Assembly: GCA_902526865.1 (NCBI GenBank)
Contig: CABZMK010000005.1
Location: 1-63,244, forward strand
DNA length: 63,244 nucleotides
Direction: 5' to 3'
DNA from: an uncultured Alphaproteobacteria bacterium
GTDB lineage: Bacteria; Pseudomonadota; Alphaproteobacteria; Methylaequorales; Methylaequoraceae
How positions within the stretch are numbered: the first letter of the stretch is position 1; each line of letters opens with the position of its first letter. The position numbers and the translations under genes were made by a program. The notes below the pieces were generated by a model, which saw only the letters and a program-made list of their open reading frames with translations, made no database searches and was not told the origin of the DNA. Of this stretch, positions 51,680 to 60,304 are shown one piece after another.

Positions 51680-52083
51680 TCTTTTTTTTCCTCAAAAAAT
51701 GCTGAAGCGACATTAATATATTTTCGGCCTGATTCTTGTGAAATCGCTATTATCTCTTTAATTGACTTTTTATCCCTAATCGACATCATTTTGATCAACA
51801 TTGGTAAATTTACACCAGCTACAACTTCAATTTTCTCGCTATCCATAACGGAAATTGCAAGATTTGAAGGAGTTCCACCAAACATATCTGTTAAAACAAT
51901 TACACCTTTGCCTGCATCAACTTTTTTTACTGAGTCAAGAATTTGTAATCTTTTTTTCTCCATATCATCCTCAGGGAAGATAGATATTGCTATCAGGTTT
52001 TCTTGAGGACCAACAATGTGTTGAATGACACTTAGCATCTCTTTTGCAATATTTTCATGACTTACTAAAACTATACCAATCAT
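51661..52083 (-). CDS. PTS EIIA component, mannose/fructose family
   Basis: IGIVLVSHE, LTDMFGGTPSN and GVNLPML. Confidence 0.93.
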   Translation of the reverse strand: MIGIVLVSHENIAKEMLSVIQHIVGPQENLIAISIFPEDDMEKKRLQILDSVKKVDAGKGVIVLTDMFGGTPSNLAISVMDSEKIEVVAGVNLPMLIKMMSIRDKKSIKEIIAISQESGRKYINVASAFFEEKKDWNKKK

Positions 52084-52937
52084 TTTGCTATATCTCTATG
52101 TTCTATAAAAATTCTCAATTTTCTATTATTATTAATTAAATTAAGGAAATGGTCACTGGATACAACAGATCTATGGACCCCGCCTGTACAACCAAATGCT
52201 ATAGTGATATGTTCTTTTCCCTCTTTTTTATATCCCTCAAGAATATTATTAAACAGTAGCAAAAGACTATCAAAAAAAAAATCAAAATACTTCTGTTTTT
52301 TAACAAAATTTATAACTTTCAAGTTTTTACCATCAAATTTTTTTAGGTTTTTTTCATAAAATGGGTTCCTCAAAAACCTCATATCGAAAACAAGATCTGC
52401 TTCTCTTGGTAATCCAAATTTATATCCAAAAGAAATAATTCTTAAATTAATTTTTGAGTCGGAGTGTTTTTTAAACAAAATTTGCATCTCATTTTTTAGA
52501 AGGTTTAAAGTAAATTTTGATGTATCAATGTAGTAGTCATTAATATTTAATAAAGGTTTAAGCCAATTCCTCTCTGCTTCAATTTTTTCTACGATTGGTA
52601 AATCTAATTTTAAAGGGTGGACTCTTCTACTTTCTTTAAACCTATTCAATAAAGTTGTGTTGTCGCAATCAAAAAAAATGACTGAAAGAGTTAAATTCTT
52701 TTTTTTTTTGGAAATCTCTTTAGCTACTTTTTTTGGATCAAAGTCTCTTGTTCTAACATCAATTCCGACGGCAAGATTTCTTTTTATCTTCGTGTTTATT
52801 ATATTGCTCAAAAGGTAGGTTGGTAAATTATCGATTGCCTCAAAACCCATATCTTCAAAAATTTTTAATGCTGATGACCTACCAGCTCCTGACAATCCAG
52901 TAACTATGAAAACTTTATATTGTTTCTCTAATCTCAT
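52080..52937 (-). CDS. rapZ: RNase adapter RapZ (YhbJ/YvcJ family)
   Basis: TGLSGAGRS, IDNLP, SFGYKFG, FDMRFLRNPFY and GCTGGVHRSV. Confidence 0.93.
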   Translation of the reverse strand: MRLEKQYKVFIVTGLSGAGRSSALKIFEDMGFEAIDNLPTYLLSNIINTKIKRNLAVGIDVRTRDFDPKKVAKEISKKKKNLTLSVIFFDCDNTTLLNRFKESRRVHPLKLDLPIVEKIEAERNWLKPLLNINDYYIDTSKFTLNLLKNEMQILFKKHSDSKINLRIISFGYKFGLPREADLVFDMRFLRNPFYEKNLKKFDGKNLKVINFVKKQKYFDFFFDSLLLLFNNILEGYKKEGKEHITIAFGCTGGVHRSVVSSDHFLNLINNNRKLRIFIEHRDIAK

Positions 52938-53340
52938 TTAATTTTACTTTAATCTTTGCAACTGCCGATGAATTTTTTCCTTCAATATTGATGATAGGAA
53001 TGTTAATTCCCAGTATTCTATAAGAACTATCCTTTGGAAACCTTTCATTATTATTACTTTTCAAATTAACAACTAATCGTAATTTTATTCTCTCGACGAA
53101 AGGAACTGTAATTATTCCAATCTCTCTTACTTCAAGCAAACCCTTAATTTCTGGAGGACAATAAAGGTAAATATTATTTGAATTTTTTCTACAAATCGAA
53201 ATATCATCTGAAATTAAAGTTGCGCCATTGTCGATCAATCTCAATGCTAAATCTGATTTTCCAGAACCAGAATCACCTAAAATTAACACTCCGTTATCAT
53301 CTATTACTACAGACGTGCTGTGAATTGTCTTTAAATTCAT
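52915..53340 (-). CDS. hprK: Short alphaproteobacterial HPr kinase/phosphorylase
   Basis: HSTSV, GVLILGDSGSGKSDLALRL, LISDD and GLLEVREIGI. Confidence 0.88.
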   Translation of the reverse strand: MNLKTIHSTSVVIDDNGVLILGDSGSGKSDLALRLIDNGATLISDDISICRKNSNNIYLYCPPEIKGLLEVREIGIITVPFVERIKLRLVVNLKSNNNERFPKDSSYRILGINIPIINIEGKNSSAVAKIKVKLNEIRETI

Positions 53341-53341
53341 T

Positions 53342-53797
53342 TTACTCGATAAAGTTCTCTTTCAATTTTTCATTTAAAACCATAACAGGAACTTTCTTTT
53401 TACTTCCATCATTTAATGAAAACTCAACCTTAAAAGAAGATCCATCATCAAGTTTTTTTTTTAAACCCATTAACATTAAATGAGTTCCGCCAGGTTGAAA
53501 AAAAACTTGCTGTTTAGATTTTATTAAAAAATTTTCTTTCTTTTTCATTTTTATGATTTCGTTTTCGGTCTCAATTTCATGAATTTCAGCTTTTGAAGCC
53601 ACTTTAGTAGATATTGATTCAATTAAGAAATCCTTATTTGTATTATTGAAAATAGAAACATATACAGCACACGCTCTTTGACCATCAAAAGTCTCAAATG
53701 TGTAAGCTCCGTGAAAGACTATAGAATCTTGATTTGAATTTACTGAATTTGATAATATTAAGAGAAATATAAATTGTATGTATTTGAAATTTTTCAT
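53342..53797 (-). CDS. Periplasmic copper chaperone PCu(A)C
   Basis: Signal peptide, AEIHE...MKK and FQPGGTHLMLMGL. Confidence 0.88.
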   Translation of the reverse strand: MKNFKYIQFIFLLILSNSVNSNQDSIVFHGAYTFETFDGQRACAVYVSIFNNTNKDFLIESISTKVASKAEIHEIETENEIIKMKKKENFLIKSKQQVFFQPGGTHLMLMGLKKKLDDGSSFKVEFSLNDGSKKKVPVMVLNEKLKENFIE

Positions 53798-53845
53798 TTA
53801 AATTAAACCTTGAAGTTATTATACATAATATATTAAGAGAAAAGA

Positions 53846-54637
53846 ATGAAAATTAATTACGCCACAAGACAATTAATAAGGTCCTCTTCAAGAGGATATT
53901 TATCAACTAGTTTTGATCCAAGAAGCTTTGGAACTAAAAAAATTAACGTTAAGCAAATCTTTCCTTATTCAACTTTCACCCTTACGGCGTTTGATTACGA
54001 CTTAAGTCCTATTGTTCTACTTTCGAAGTTATCTGAACACACCACCAACATTTCTAAAGATAATTTGGTTTCACTGATGCTTTGTGAAGAACAAAAGCTG
54101 TATCCCTATTTTCCTAAATTCAGGAAAAACCCTTTTAATTATGAAGATCCAATGTCAAGACCAAGGGTAACACTAATAGGCAAATTAAAAATAACGAAAA
54201 ACTTAAATCACAAAACTAGATTTTTAAATAGACATCCTTCATCCAATTTATACGCCAACTTTTCCGACATGAATTTTTATAGATTAGATATAATAGGAGC
54301 ACATCTAATAGGCGGGTTTGCTAGTGTAAAGTGGTTTTCAAAAAAGGGCCTCATATGCAATGACTTCAAAAATTTTCAAGAATCTGAAAATAGTATCATA
54401 TCACATATGAACGACCATCATAAAGAATCAATTGATTTGTATGTTAAAAAGTTTATCAAAGGAATTTCTTTAAGCCTGAAAAAAAATTGGCAGCTTATCG
54501 GAGTTGATCCAGACGGATTTGATCTAAGAAAAAAAGACAAGGTAATAAGATATTGTTTTGAAAAGTCGATTGACAACGCGTCAAAATTAAGAGGCGTTTT
54601 TGTAAAGCTGCATAAGCAGGCATCAATTTCTCAATGA
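53846..54637 (+). CDS. HugZ-like split-barrel (PNPOx-like) protein with DUF2470 domain
   Basis: LLSKLSEHTTNI, PRVTLIG, IGGFA, ISHMNDHH and GVDPDGFDL. Confidence 0.82.
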   Translation: MKINYATRQLIRSSSRGYLSTSFDPRSFGTKKINVKQIFPYSTFTLTAFDYDLSPIVLLSKLSEHTTNISKDNLVSLMLCEEQKLYPYFPKFRKNPFNYEDPMSRPRVTLIGKLKITKNLNHKTRFLNRHPSSNLYANFSDMNFYRLDIIGAHLIGGFASVKWFSKKGLICNDFKNFQESENSIISHMNDHHKESIDLYVKKFIKGISLSLKKNWQLIGVDPDGFDLRKKDKVIRYCFEKSIDNASKLRGVFVKLHKQASISQ

Positions 54638-57414
54638 GCATCATCCCAACTATTTCCAACACCTATATCAACTTTGATTGGCACTTTTAGAGAGATAAAA
54701 TTTTTATGTGAACTTGTCATTATTTCAGGAATCTTGTTTTTGATTATATCTATTTCACTTTGAGGAGATTCGAATAATAATTCATCATGAACCTGTAGTA
54801 AGATCTTTGTCTGTAATTTCTCATCTACTAAAAATTTCTGAATCTTTGGCATAGCTAATTTTATCATATCTGCAGCTCCACCCTGAATAGGAGCATTAAT
54901 AGCAGATCTTTCAGCAAAATTTTTTCTTGTAACAACTTTATCATTTATAAATGGAATAAATATCCTTCTCCCGAATGGTGTTTTGACATAACCATTCGAT
55001 CTACATTCTTGAATCGTGTTTCTCATATAATCTTTAATACCGGGATATTTTTTAAAATATTGATCCATGTACATTTTTGCTTCACTATTTGGGATTTCTA
55101 GTTGTAAAGCTAAACCATAGGCAGAAATTCCATATATAATTCCAAAATTAATTATCTTTGCCTTTCGTCTAAATTCATAAGTAACTTTGTCTTTTGAAAT
55201 TTGAAAGACTTCCATAGCTGTAACAGTATGAATATCACTATCATTTTCAAAAGCATTTATTAAAGTTTTTATGTTTGCAACATGCGCTAAAATTCTTAAT
55301 TCAATTTGAGAGTAATCAATTGAGATGATTCGATTTTTTTCATCGCATATAAATACTTTTCTAATTTCCCTTCCTTCCTCTGTTTTAATTGGGATATTTT
55401 GTAAATTAGGATCATTTGATGAAAGTCTGCCAGTTAAAGTACTCGCCATACCAAACGATGTGTGAATTCTATTTGTTTTAACATTTTCTCTTGACAACAA
55501 ACCCTCACAATATGTACCCCGCAACTTTGAATATTGTCTCCAATCCAAAACTAAGGATGCAATATTAAAATTTTCAGATTTTAATTTTTCGAGAACTTTA
55601 ACATCGGTTTGGTAGTTGCCACTTTTACCTTTTTTACCATAAGGAAGTTTAAGCTTATCAAATAAAACTTCTCCCAATTGCTTTGGTGATCCTATGTTAA
55701 AATCTTCTTTGCTCAACTTAAAAATTTCCCTTTCTATCATTGACATCTTTTCTGAAAATTCTCCAGAAAGTTTGGTTAATTTGGGATTATCAACTTTACA
55801 TCCGGCAATCTCCATTTCTGCAATCACTTCTATCAATGGTTTTTCAACATAAAAATAAAAGTCATAAAGCCCTTCCTTGATTAATAAAATTTTAAGGATT
55901 TCCCACAATCTATAGGTAACATCTGCATCTTCAGCAGCATAATTTTTTGCTTTATCCGCAGAAACTTCTGAAAACAAAATTTTTTTTTTTTCAACTACGG
56001 TTACATCTGAATATTTAATAGTCTCATGAAATAAAAAATCAGATGACAGTTCGTCTAATCCGTGTCCTCTTTGACCAGTTCTCAAAACATATGACATAAG
56101 CATAGTATCGTCCATATTATTTATTCTGACTCCTAATCCCTTGAGAATTATGAAATCATACTTAATGTTTTGTCCGATTTTCAGTATTGAGTTGTCCTCT
56201 AAAATTATTTTAATTTTTTCAATAAAGACATTTAAATCTATTTGATTTTTCAATCCTTTATGACTTAAGGGAATATAACATGCTTGACTATTCTCCATAG
56301 ACATTGAAAAACCAACAATTTCTGCCTCAGTAGCATTCAGAGAAGTTGTTTCACAATCTATCGCTACAACTCCACTTTCAATAATTTTTTGAATCCACTT
56401 TGTTAAATCTTTTTCATTTAAAATTAATTCGTATATTCCGCGATTTACTTTTTCTCTTAAAGGAGTGAAATATTCATTATCTTTCTGTTGATTATTTTGT
56501 TCTCCCGTTTCAGAATGTGGCTGATTTTTTGAACCAAATTTATTGGTTACTAAAGATTTAATTCTATTGAACTCCATTTGATCTAAAAATTTAATAAGTT
56601 TTTGAACCTCTAATGGCTTAAAATTCAATTTTTCAATTGAAACAGGGAGGTCTACATCATCTTTCAAAGTTACTAGCTTCTTCGATATAATTAGAAGATC
56701 TTTGTTTTCTGAAATAGCCTCTTTTCTTTTTTCTTGTTTTATATTTTTGACATTCGCAATAAGATTTTCAATATTTCCATATTCATTTATTAATTGTGAA
56801 GCTGTTTTTGGACCAATTCCTGGGACACCTGGAACATTATCTGAGGTATCTCCAGCCAATGCCTGAACTTCAATAACTTTTTCAGGACCAACGCCAAACT
56901 TTTCAATTACATTTTCTGAAGTTATTTCCTTTTTTTTTAATGGATCTATCATCGAAACATTTTTACCTAAAAGTTGCATTAGATCTTTATCAGAAGAAAT
57001 AATCGTAATTTTTTTTCCTTCTGCTTTTGCTTTTTTTGAATAGGATGCGATTAAATCGTCAGCTTCGAAACCTAATGAATCAATTGATTGAAGGTTGAAG
57101 GCATCAGGAACTTTTTTTATTATATCAAATTGAGGTTTCAAGTCTTCAGGAGGATCAGATCTATTTGCTTTATAGTTTGGGTAAATGTCATTTCTAAATG
57201 TCTTTCGTGCAGCATCAAATATCACTGCGATTGCGACATTTCCCCCTTTCTCACTCTGAATTTCATCAATTAATTTAAGGAGCATATTGGTAAAACCAAA
57301 AACTGCGTTTACTGGTAGTCCGTCGGATCTAAACATTGGAGGAAGAGCATAGTAAGCTCTAAATATATAGCCAGAACCATCTACTAAAACTAATTCGTTT
57401 CCAACCAAATTCAT
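54631..57414 (-). CDS. polA: DNA polymerase I
   Basis: LVDGSGYIFRAYYA, FEADD, AIDCETTS, RLSSNDPNLQNIP, DYSQIELR and LQVHDEL. Confidence 0.98.
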   Translation of the reverse strand: MNLVGNELVLVDGSGYIFRAYYALPPMFRSDGLPVNAVFGFTNMLLKLIDEIQSEKGGNVAIAVIFDAARKTFRNDIYPNYKANRSDPPEDLKPQFDIIKKVPDAFNLQSIDSLGFEADDLIASYSKKAKAEGKKITIISSDKDLMQLLGKNVSMIDPLKKKEITSENVIEKFGVGPEKVIEVQALAGDTSDNVPGVPGIGPKTASQLINEYGNIENLIANVKNIKQEKRKEAISENKDLLIISKKLVTLKDDVDLPVSIEKLNFKPLEVQKLIKFLDQMEFNRIKSLVTNKFGSKNQPHSETGEQNNQQKDNEYFTPLREKVNRGIYELILNEKDLTKWIQKIIESGVVAIDCETTSLNATEAEIVGFSMSMENSQACYIPLSHKGLKNQIDLNVFIEKIKIILEDNSILKIGQNIKYDFIILKGLGVRINNMDDTMLMSYVLRTGQRGHGLDELSSDFLFHETIKYSDVTVVEKKKILFSEVSADKAKNYAAEDADVTYRLWEILKILLIKEGLYDFYFYVEKPLIEVIAEMEIAGCKVDNPKLTKLSGEFSEKMSMIEREIFKLSKEDFNIGSPKQLGEVLFDKLKLPYGKKGKSGNYQTDVKVLEKLKSENFNIASLVLDWRQYSKLRGTYCEGLLSRENVKTNRIHTSFGMASTLTGRLSSNDPNLQNIPIKTEEGREIRKVFICDEKNRIISIDYSQIELRILAHVANIKTLINAFENDSDIHTVTAMEVFQISKDKVTYEFRRKAKIINFGIIYGISAYGLALQLEIPNSEAKMYMDQYFKKYPGIKDYMRNTIQECRSNGYVKTPFGRRIFIPFINDKVVTRKNFAERSAINAPIQGGAADMIKLAMPKIQKFLVDEKLQTKILLQVHDELLFESPQSEIDIIKNKIPEIMTSSHKNFISLKVPIKVDIGVGNSWDDAH

Positions 57415-57575
57415 ATCTTCTTTTTGAATTTTGCACTACAATATGGGCATGTTGCAATTTTTCCAGATGATAGGTCAAGGTAGATTAACGGATGGGATTC
57501 TTTGAACCCATCTCCACTACAACTTACTGTTTCGCTATCAATATATTTTATTTCTGTTTGAAAATTTGAGTCCAT
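57411..57575 (-). CDS. 54-aa zinc-finger (zf-CHCC, NDUFS6-like) protein, below the ORF-track cutoff
   Basis: MDSNFQTEIKYIDSETVSCSGDGFKESHPLIYLDLSSGKIATCPYCSAKFKKKI*; its stop overlaps the polA start (ATGA). Confidence 0.88.
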   Translation of the reverse strand: MDSNFQTEIKYIDSETVSCSGDGFKESHPLIYLDLSSGKIATCPYCSAKFKKKI

Positions 57576-57639
57576 AACACTAAAGTTCAAAAAATATCAT
57601 ATTTTTAAAACGTCGAATACATATATAATATAAATAATC

Positions 57640-58554
57640 ATGAAAAGAAAAATAATTAGTGTTAAAAAATTAGCAAAAAAATATCTTACTACTTCTCAAT
57701 ACGCCCTCAATCACATTGATTTATCAATTAATGAAGGCTCTATTTTTGGTTTGTTAGGCCCAAATGGAGCTGGAAAAAGTACTTTTATAAATATTTTAGC
57801 TGGATTAGTCAATAAATCTAGTGGAGAAGTATTTGTGTGTGGGGTAAATCTAGATACTGATCCAAAAACTGTCAGAGGCAATCTAGGTGTTGTTCCACAA
57901 GAAATTATGATAGATCCATTTTTCACACCAATGGAAATTATGAACATACAGGCTGGGATGTATGCTGTAGAAAAAAAAAACATAAGGAATCAGGAAATTT
58001 TAAATACCCTTGGACTAGGAGAAAAAGCAGATGCATATGCCAGGAGTCTATCAGGAGGAATGAAAAGAAGATTGATGGTAGCTAAAGCGATGGTACATAA
58101 CCCTCCAGTTCTAATTCTTGACGAACCGACTGCTGGAGTAGATGTTGAACTTCGAGCAAAATTATGGAAGTCAATAAAAGAACTTAATAAAAAAGGTACC
58201 ACGATTATTTTGACTACACACTATCTTAAGGAAGCTGAATTGTTGTGTGACGAGATTGCAGTTATTAATAAAGGTAAAGTTATAGCAAATGATACCAAAA
58301 CAAATTTGCTAAAAATTCTTGAAGAAAAAGAAGTTAAAGTCGAGTTTTCAAAAAAAGTAAAAAACCTTCCCAAAAAAATTAAAGACTTTTGTATTTTGAA
58401 AGACGATCAATCAGCTACTCTTAAGTTTAATAAGAACGAAATTAATACTGCTGAATTGATAAAAGAATTTATTGACAGTAAGATAGACTTAAAAGATATA
58501 ACAACTAAGGAATCAGATTTAGAGGATATATTTATAAAATTACTCAAAAATTAG
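57640..58554 (+). CDS. ABC-2 type transporter ATP-binding protein (YadG-like)
   Basis: GPNGAGKST, GVVPQE, LSGGMKRR, LILDEPTAGVD and TTHYL. Confidence 0.9.
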   Translation: MKRKIISVKKLAKKYLTTSQYALNHIDLSINEGSIFGLLGPNGAGKSTFINILAGLVNKSSGEVFVCGVNLDTDPKTVRGNLGVVPQEIMIDPFFTPMEIMNIQAGMYAVEKKNIRNQEILNTLGLGEKADAYARSLSGGMKRRLMVAKAMVHNPPVLILDEPTAGVDVELRAKLWKSIKELNKKGTTIILTTHYLKEAELLCDEIAVINKGKVIANDTKTNLLKILEEKEVKVEFSKKVKNLPKKIKDFCILKDDQSATLKFNKNEINTAELIKEFIDSKIDLKDITTKESDLEDIFIKLLKN

Positions 58555-58571
58555 TTATTGCTTCTATTATT

Positions 58572-59522
58572 TTGTTAACATCATCATGTACTTCTACTTT
58601 GATCAAACATATAGATACCAATTCTTTTTCATATATGAGCATAAAACCAGATTCTGAATTTTCAAATGTCATACTGGCTATTCATGGATATAATGACTAT
58701 TCTAATTCTTTTAAAATTCCTGGAGAATACTTATCAAAAAATGACATAGCTTTGACCTCGTTTGATCTCAATGGCTTTGGTAAAAATAAGAATAAAGGTG
58801 AATGGTTTGATTTAAATCAACATATCAATGACATAGACTTTAACTTAAAAAAAATAAAAAATGAAAATCCCAATAAGAAAATCTTTTTGTTAGGAGAGAG
58901 TATGGGTGGCGCAATCACTTTAAGTTTTATTAATCGGTTCAGAAATCTTCCAATCGAAGGTGTAATATTAATTGCGCCTGCTATTTGGAATTTTACCGAA
59001 ACAAATTTTTGGAAAAGTATTCCTTTAAAATTTCTTGCAAAAATCCTTCCCTCTTTCAAGGTCAGTGGTAAAGGGATAGTAAAGGTCCAAGCAAGTGACA
59101 ATTTAAAAATGCTAAAAGAATTATCTATGGATGATTTATTTATTCATAAACCAACATTGCAAAGCCTTCAAGGTGTTGTAGATCTTATGGATGAAGCATA
59201 CAAAGATACAGAAGAATATTTTAAAAATCCATCATATAAAACACTAATAATGATTCCACTAAAAGATGAAATAGTTCCTAGAAAACCATTAATAAAATTA
59301 TTGAAGGATGAAAGGATTAAAAACAATTTTTCTGATAAAATAAAAATCTTAGCTTATATGGAAAGCTATCATATGATTCTTAGAGATTTGAATGGAGATC
59401 AAATTACGGAAGATTTAAAAAATTGGGTAATTGAGCAGAAATATGATTTAAGCAACTCATCTTTCAGTGATATTTTAAAACAAATTGAAAATACAGAATT
59501 TTACCATAGACTTGACTTATGA
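58572..59522 (+). CDS. Alpha/beta hydrolase, lysophospholipase-like; start uncertain
   Basis: AIHGYNDY, FDLNGFG, LGESMGG nucleophile elbow and YHMILRD. Confidence 0.88.
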   Translation: MLTSSCTSTLIKHIDTNSFSYMSIKPDSEFSNVILAIHGYNDYSNSFKIPGEYLSKNDIALTSFDLNGFGKNKNKGEWFDLNQHINDIDFNLKKIKNENPNKKIFLLGESMGGAITLSFINRFRNLPIEGVILIAPAIWNFTETNFWKSIPLKFLAKILPSFKVSGKGIVKVQASDNLKMLKELSMDDLFIHKPTLQSLQGVVDLMDEAYKDTEEYFKNPSYKTLIMIPLKDEIVPRKPLIKLLKDERIKNNFSDKIKILAYMESYHMILRDLNGDQITEDLKNWVIEQKYDLSNSSFSDILKQIENTEFYHRLDL

Positions 59523-59707
59523 AAAAAGAAATTATTTTAGCTGTGGGATCTAGCTCTTGGTGGAAAAACATTAAAATTAGAAGAGAAAGTGCTTTTAAAT
59601 TAAAGGTCATAAGAAAAAAATGGAAATTACGTCGAAAAGTATTTTTAACATCAAAAAAAAATTCAATTGATTCTAAAATTTATAAAAAATACTATTTGTA
59701 TAAATGA
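59519..59707 (+). CDS. Small basic hypothetical protein
   Basis: 62-aa ORF coupled to both neighbours by 4-nt overlaps; GSSSWW motif. Confidence 0.55.
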   Translation: MKKEIILAVGSSSWWKNIKIRRESAFKLKVIRKKWKLRRKVFLTSKKNSIDSKIYKKYYLYK

Positions 59708-59955
59708 TAAATATTTTAATTTTTCTTTCCATATTTTTTTTTCAAAATACTTTGTTTTCTGATGAAATCATTAGAGACGGAAATGGTAACTATATACTCA
59801 TAAAAAAAGATGGTACGTTTAAAAAACTTCCTCCACCAAAGCCTGGAAATAAGTATGTTATAAAAAAAAGGGTTATTCAAAAGAAAAGTAAAAATAAAAT
59901 TTTTCAAAGGCAGATAAAGAAATCTAGAGTGAGAACAAATCAAGGAATAAGATAA
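59704..59955 (+). CDS. Small secreted hypothetical protein
   Basis: Signal-peptide-like N-terminus, then IIRDGNGNYILIKKDGTFKKLPPPKPG. Confidence 0.6.
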   Translation: MINILIFLSIFFFQNTLFSDEIIRDGNGNYILIKKDGTFKKLPPPKPGNKYVIKKRVIQKKSKNKIFQRQIKKSRVRTNQGIR

Positions 59956-60174
59956 ATGAATGAAGCTAATAAGAAAATTGTTTGGAGATTCATTCAAAAG
60001 CACGGAGATTTTTTAAAAGATAGGCTTAAACCACACCCAAACCATCCAAACGGAAGAAACCCTTATGCTCATATTTGTTTCTTAGTTAATCAAAAATTTA
60101 GTTGTTCATACAAAGATGTTTGTGATGGCGAGGTAGAGCAATTAAAAAAATTTATTTTGAGTATTAATAAATGA
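59956..60174 (+). CDS. Small hypothetical protein (PHPNHPNGRNPYAH motif)
   Basis: Starts immediately after the previous stop; distinctive non-random motif. Confidence 0.65.
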   Translation: MNEANKKIVWRFIQKHGDFLKDRLKPHPNHPNGRNPYAHICFLVNQKFSCSYKDVCDGEVEQLKKFILSINK

Positions 60175-60181
60175 GATTAAA

Positions 60182-60248
60182 TTGAATTGGGAAGATCTTT
60201 TAATTTTAAGGGAGGAAATATTATATTTTGGATCTTCCCACAATTCAA
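60182..60248. repeat. Long imperfect inverted repeat (16-bp arms, 33-nt loop)
   Basis: TTGAATTGGGAAGATC (60182-60197) versus GATCTTCCCA(CA)ATTCAA (60231-60248). Confidence 0.7.
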
Positions 60249-60251
60249 ATT

Positions 60252-60273
60252 TCTGACACTTGTCAGATATAAT
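60252..60273 (+). promoter_or_regulatory. Perfect palindrome TCTGACA-CT-TGTCAGA abutting TATAAT: candidate operator and -10 of the peptide transporter gene
   Basis: Palindrome at 60252-60267, TATAAT at 60268-60273, ATG at 60305. Confidence 0.6.
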
Positions 60274-60304
60274 ATAAATAAGCAATGTTCATGCCAAAAT
60301 AAAA

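Noticed and set aside
53810-53845. CATAATATATT resembles part of a dif site
   Set aside because: The XerD arm (TTATGTTAAAT-like) is missing; this is an ordinary AT-rich divergent promoter region.
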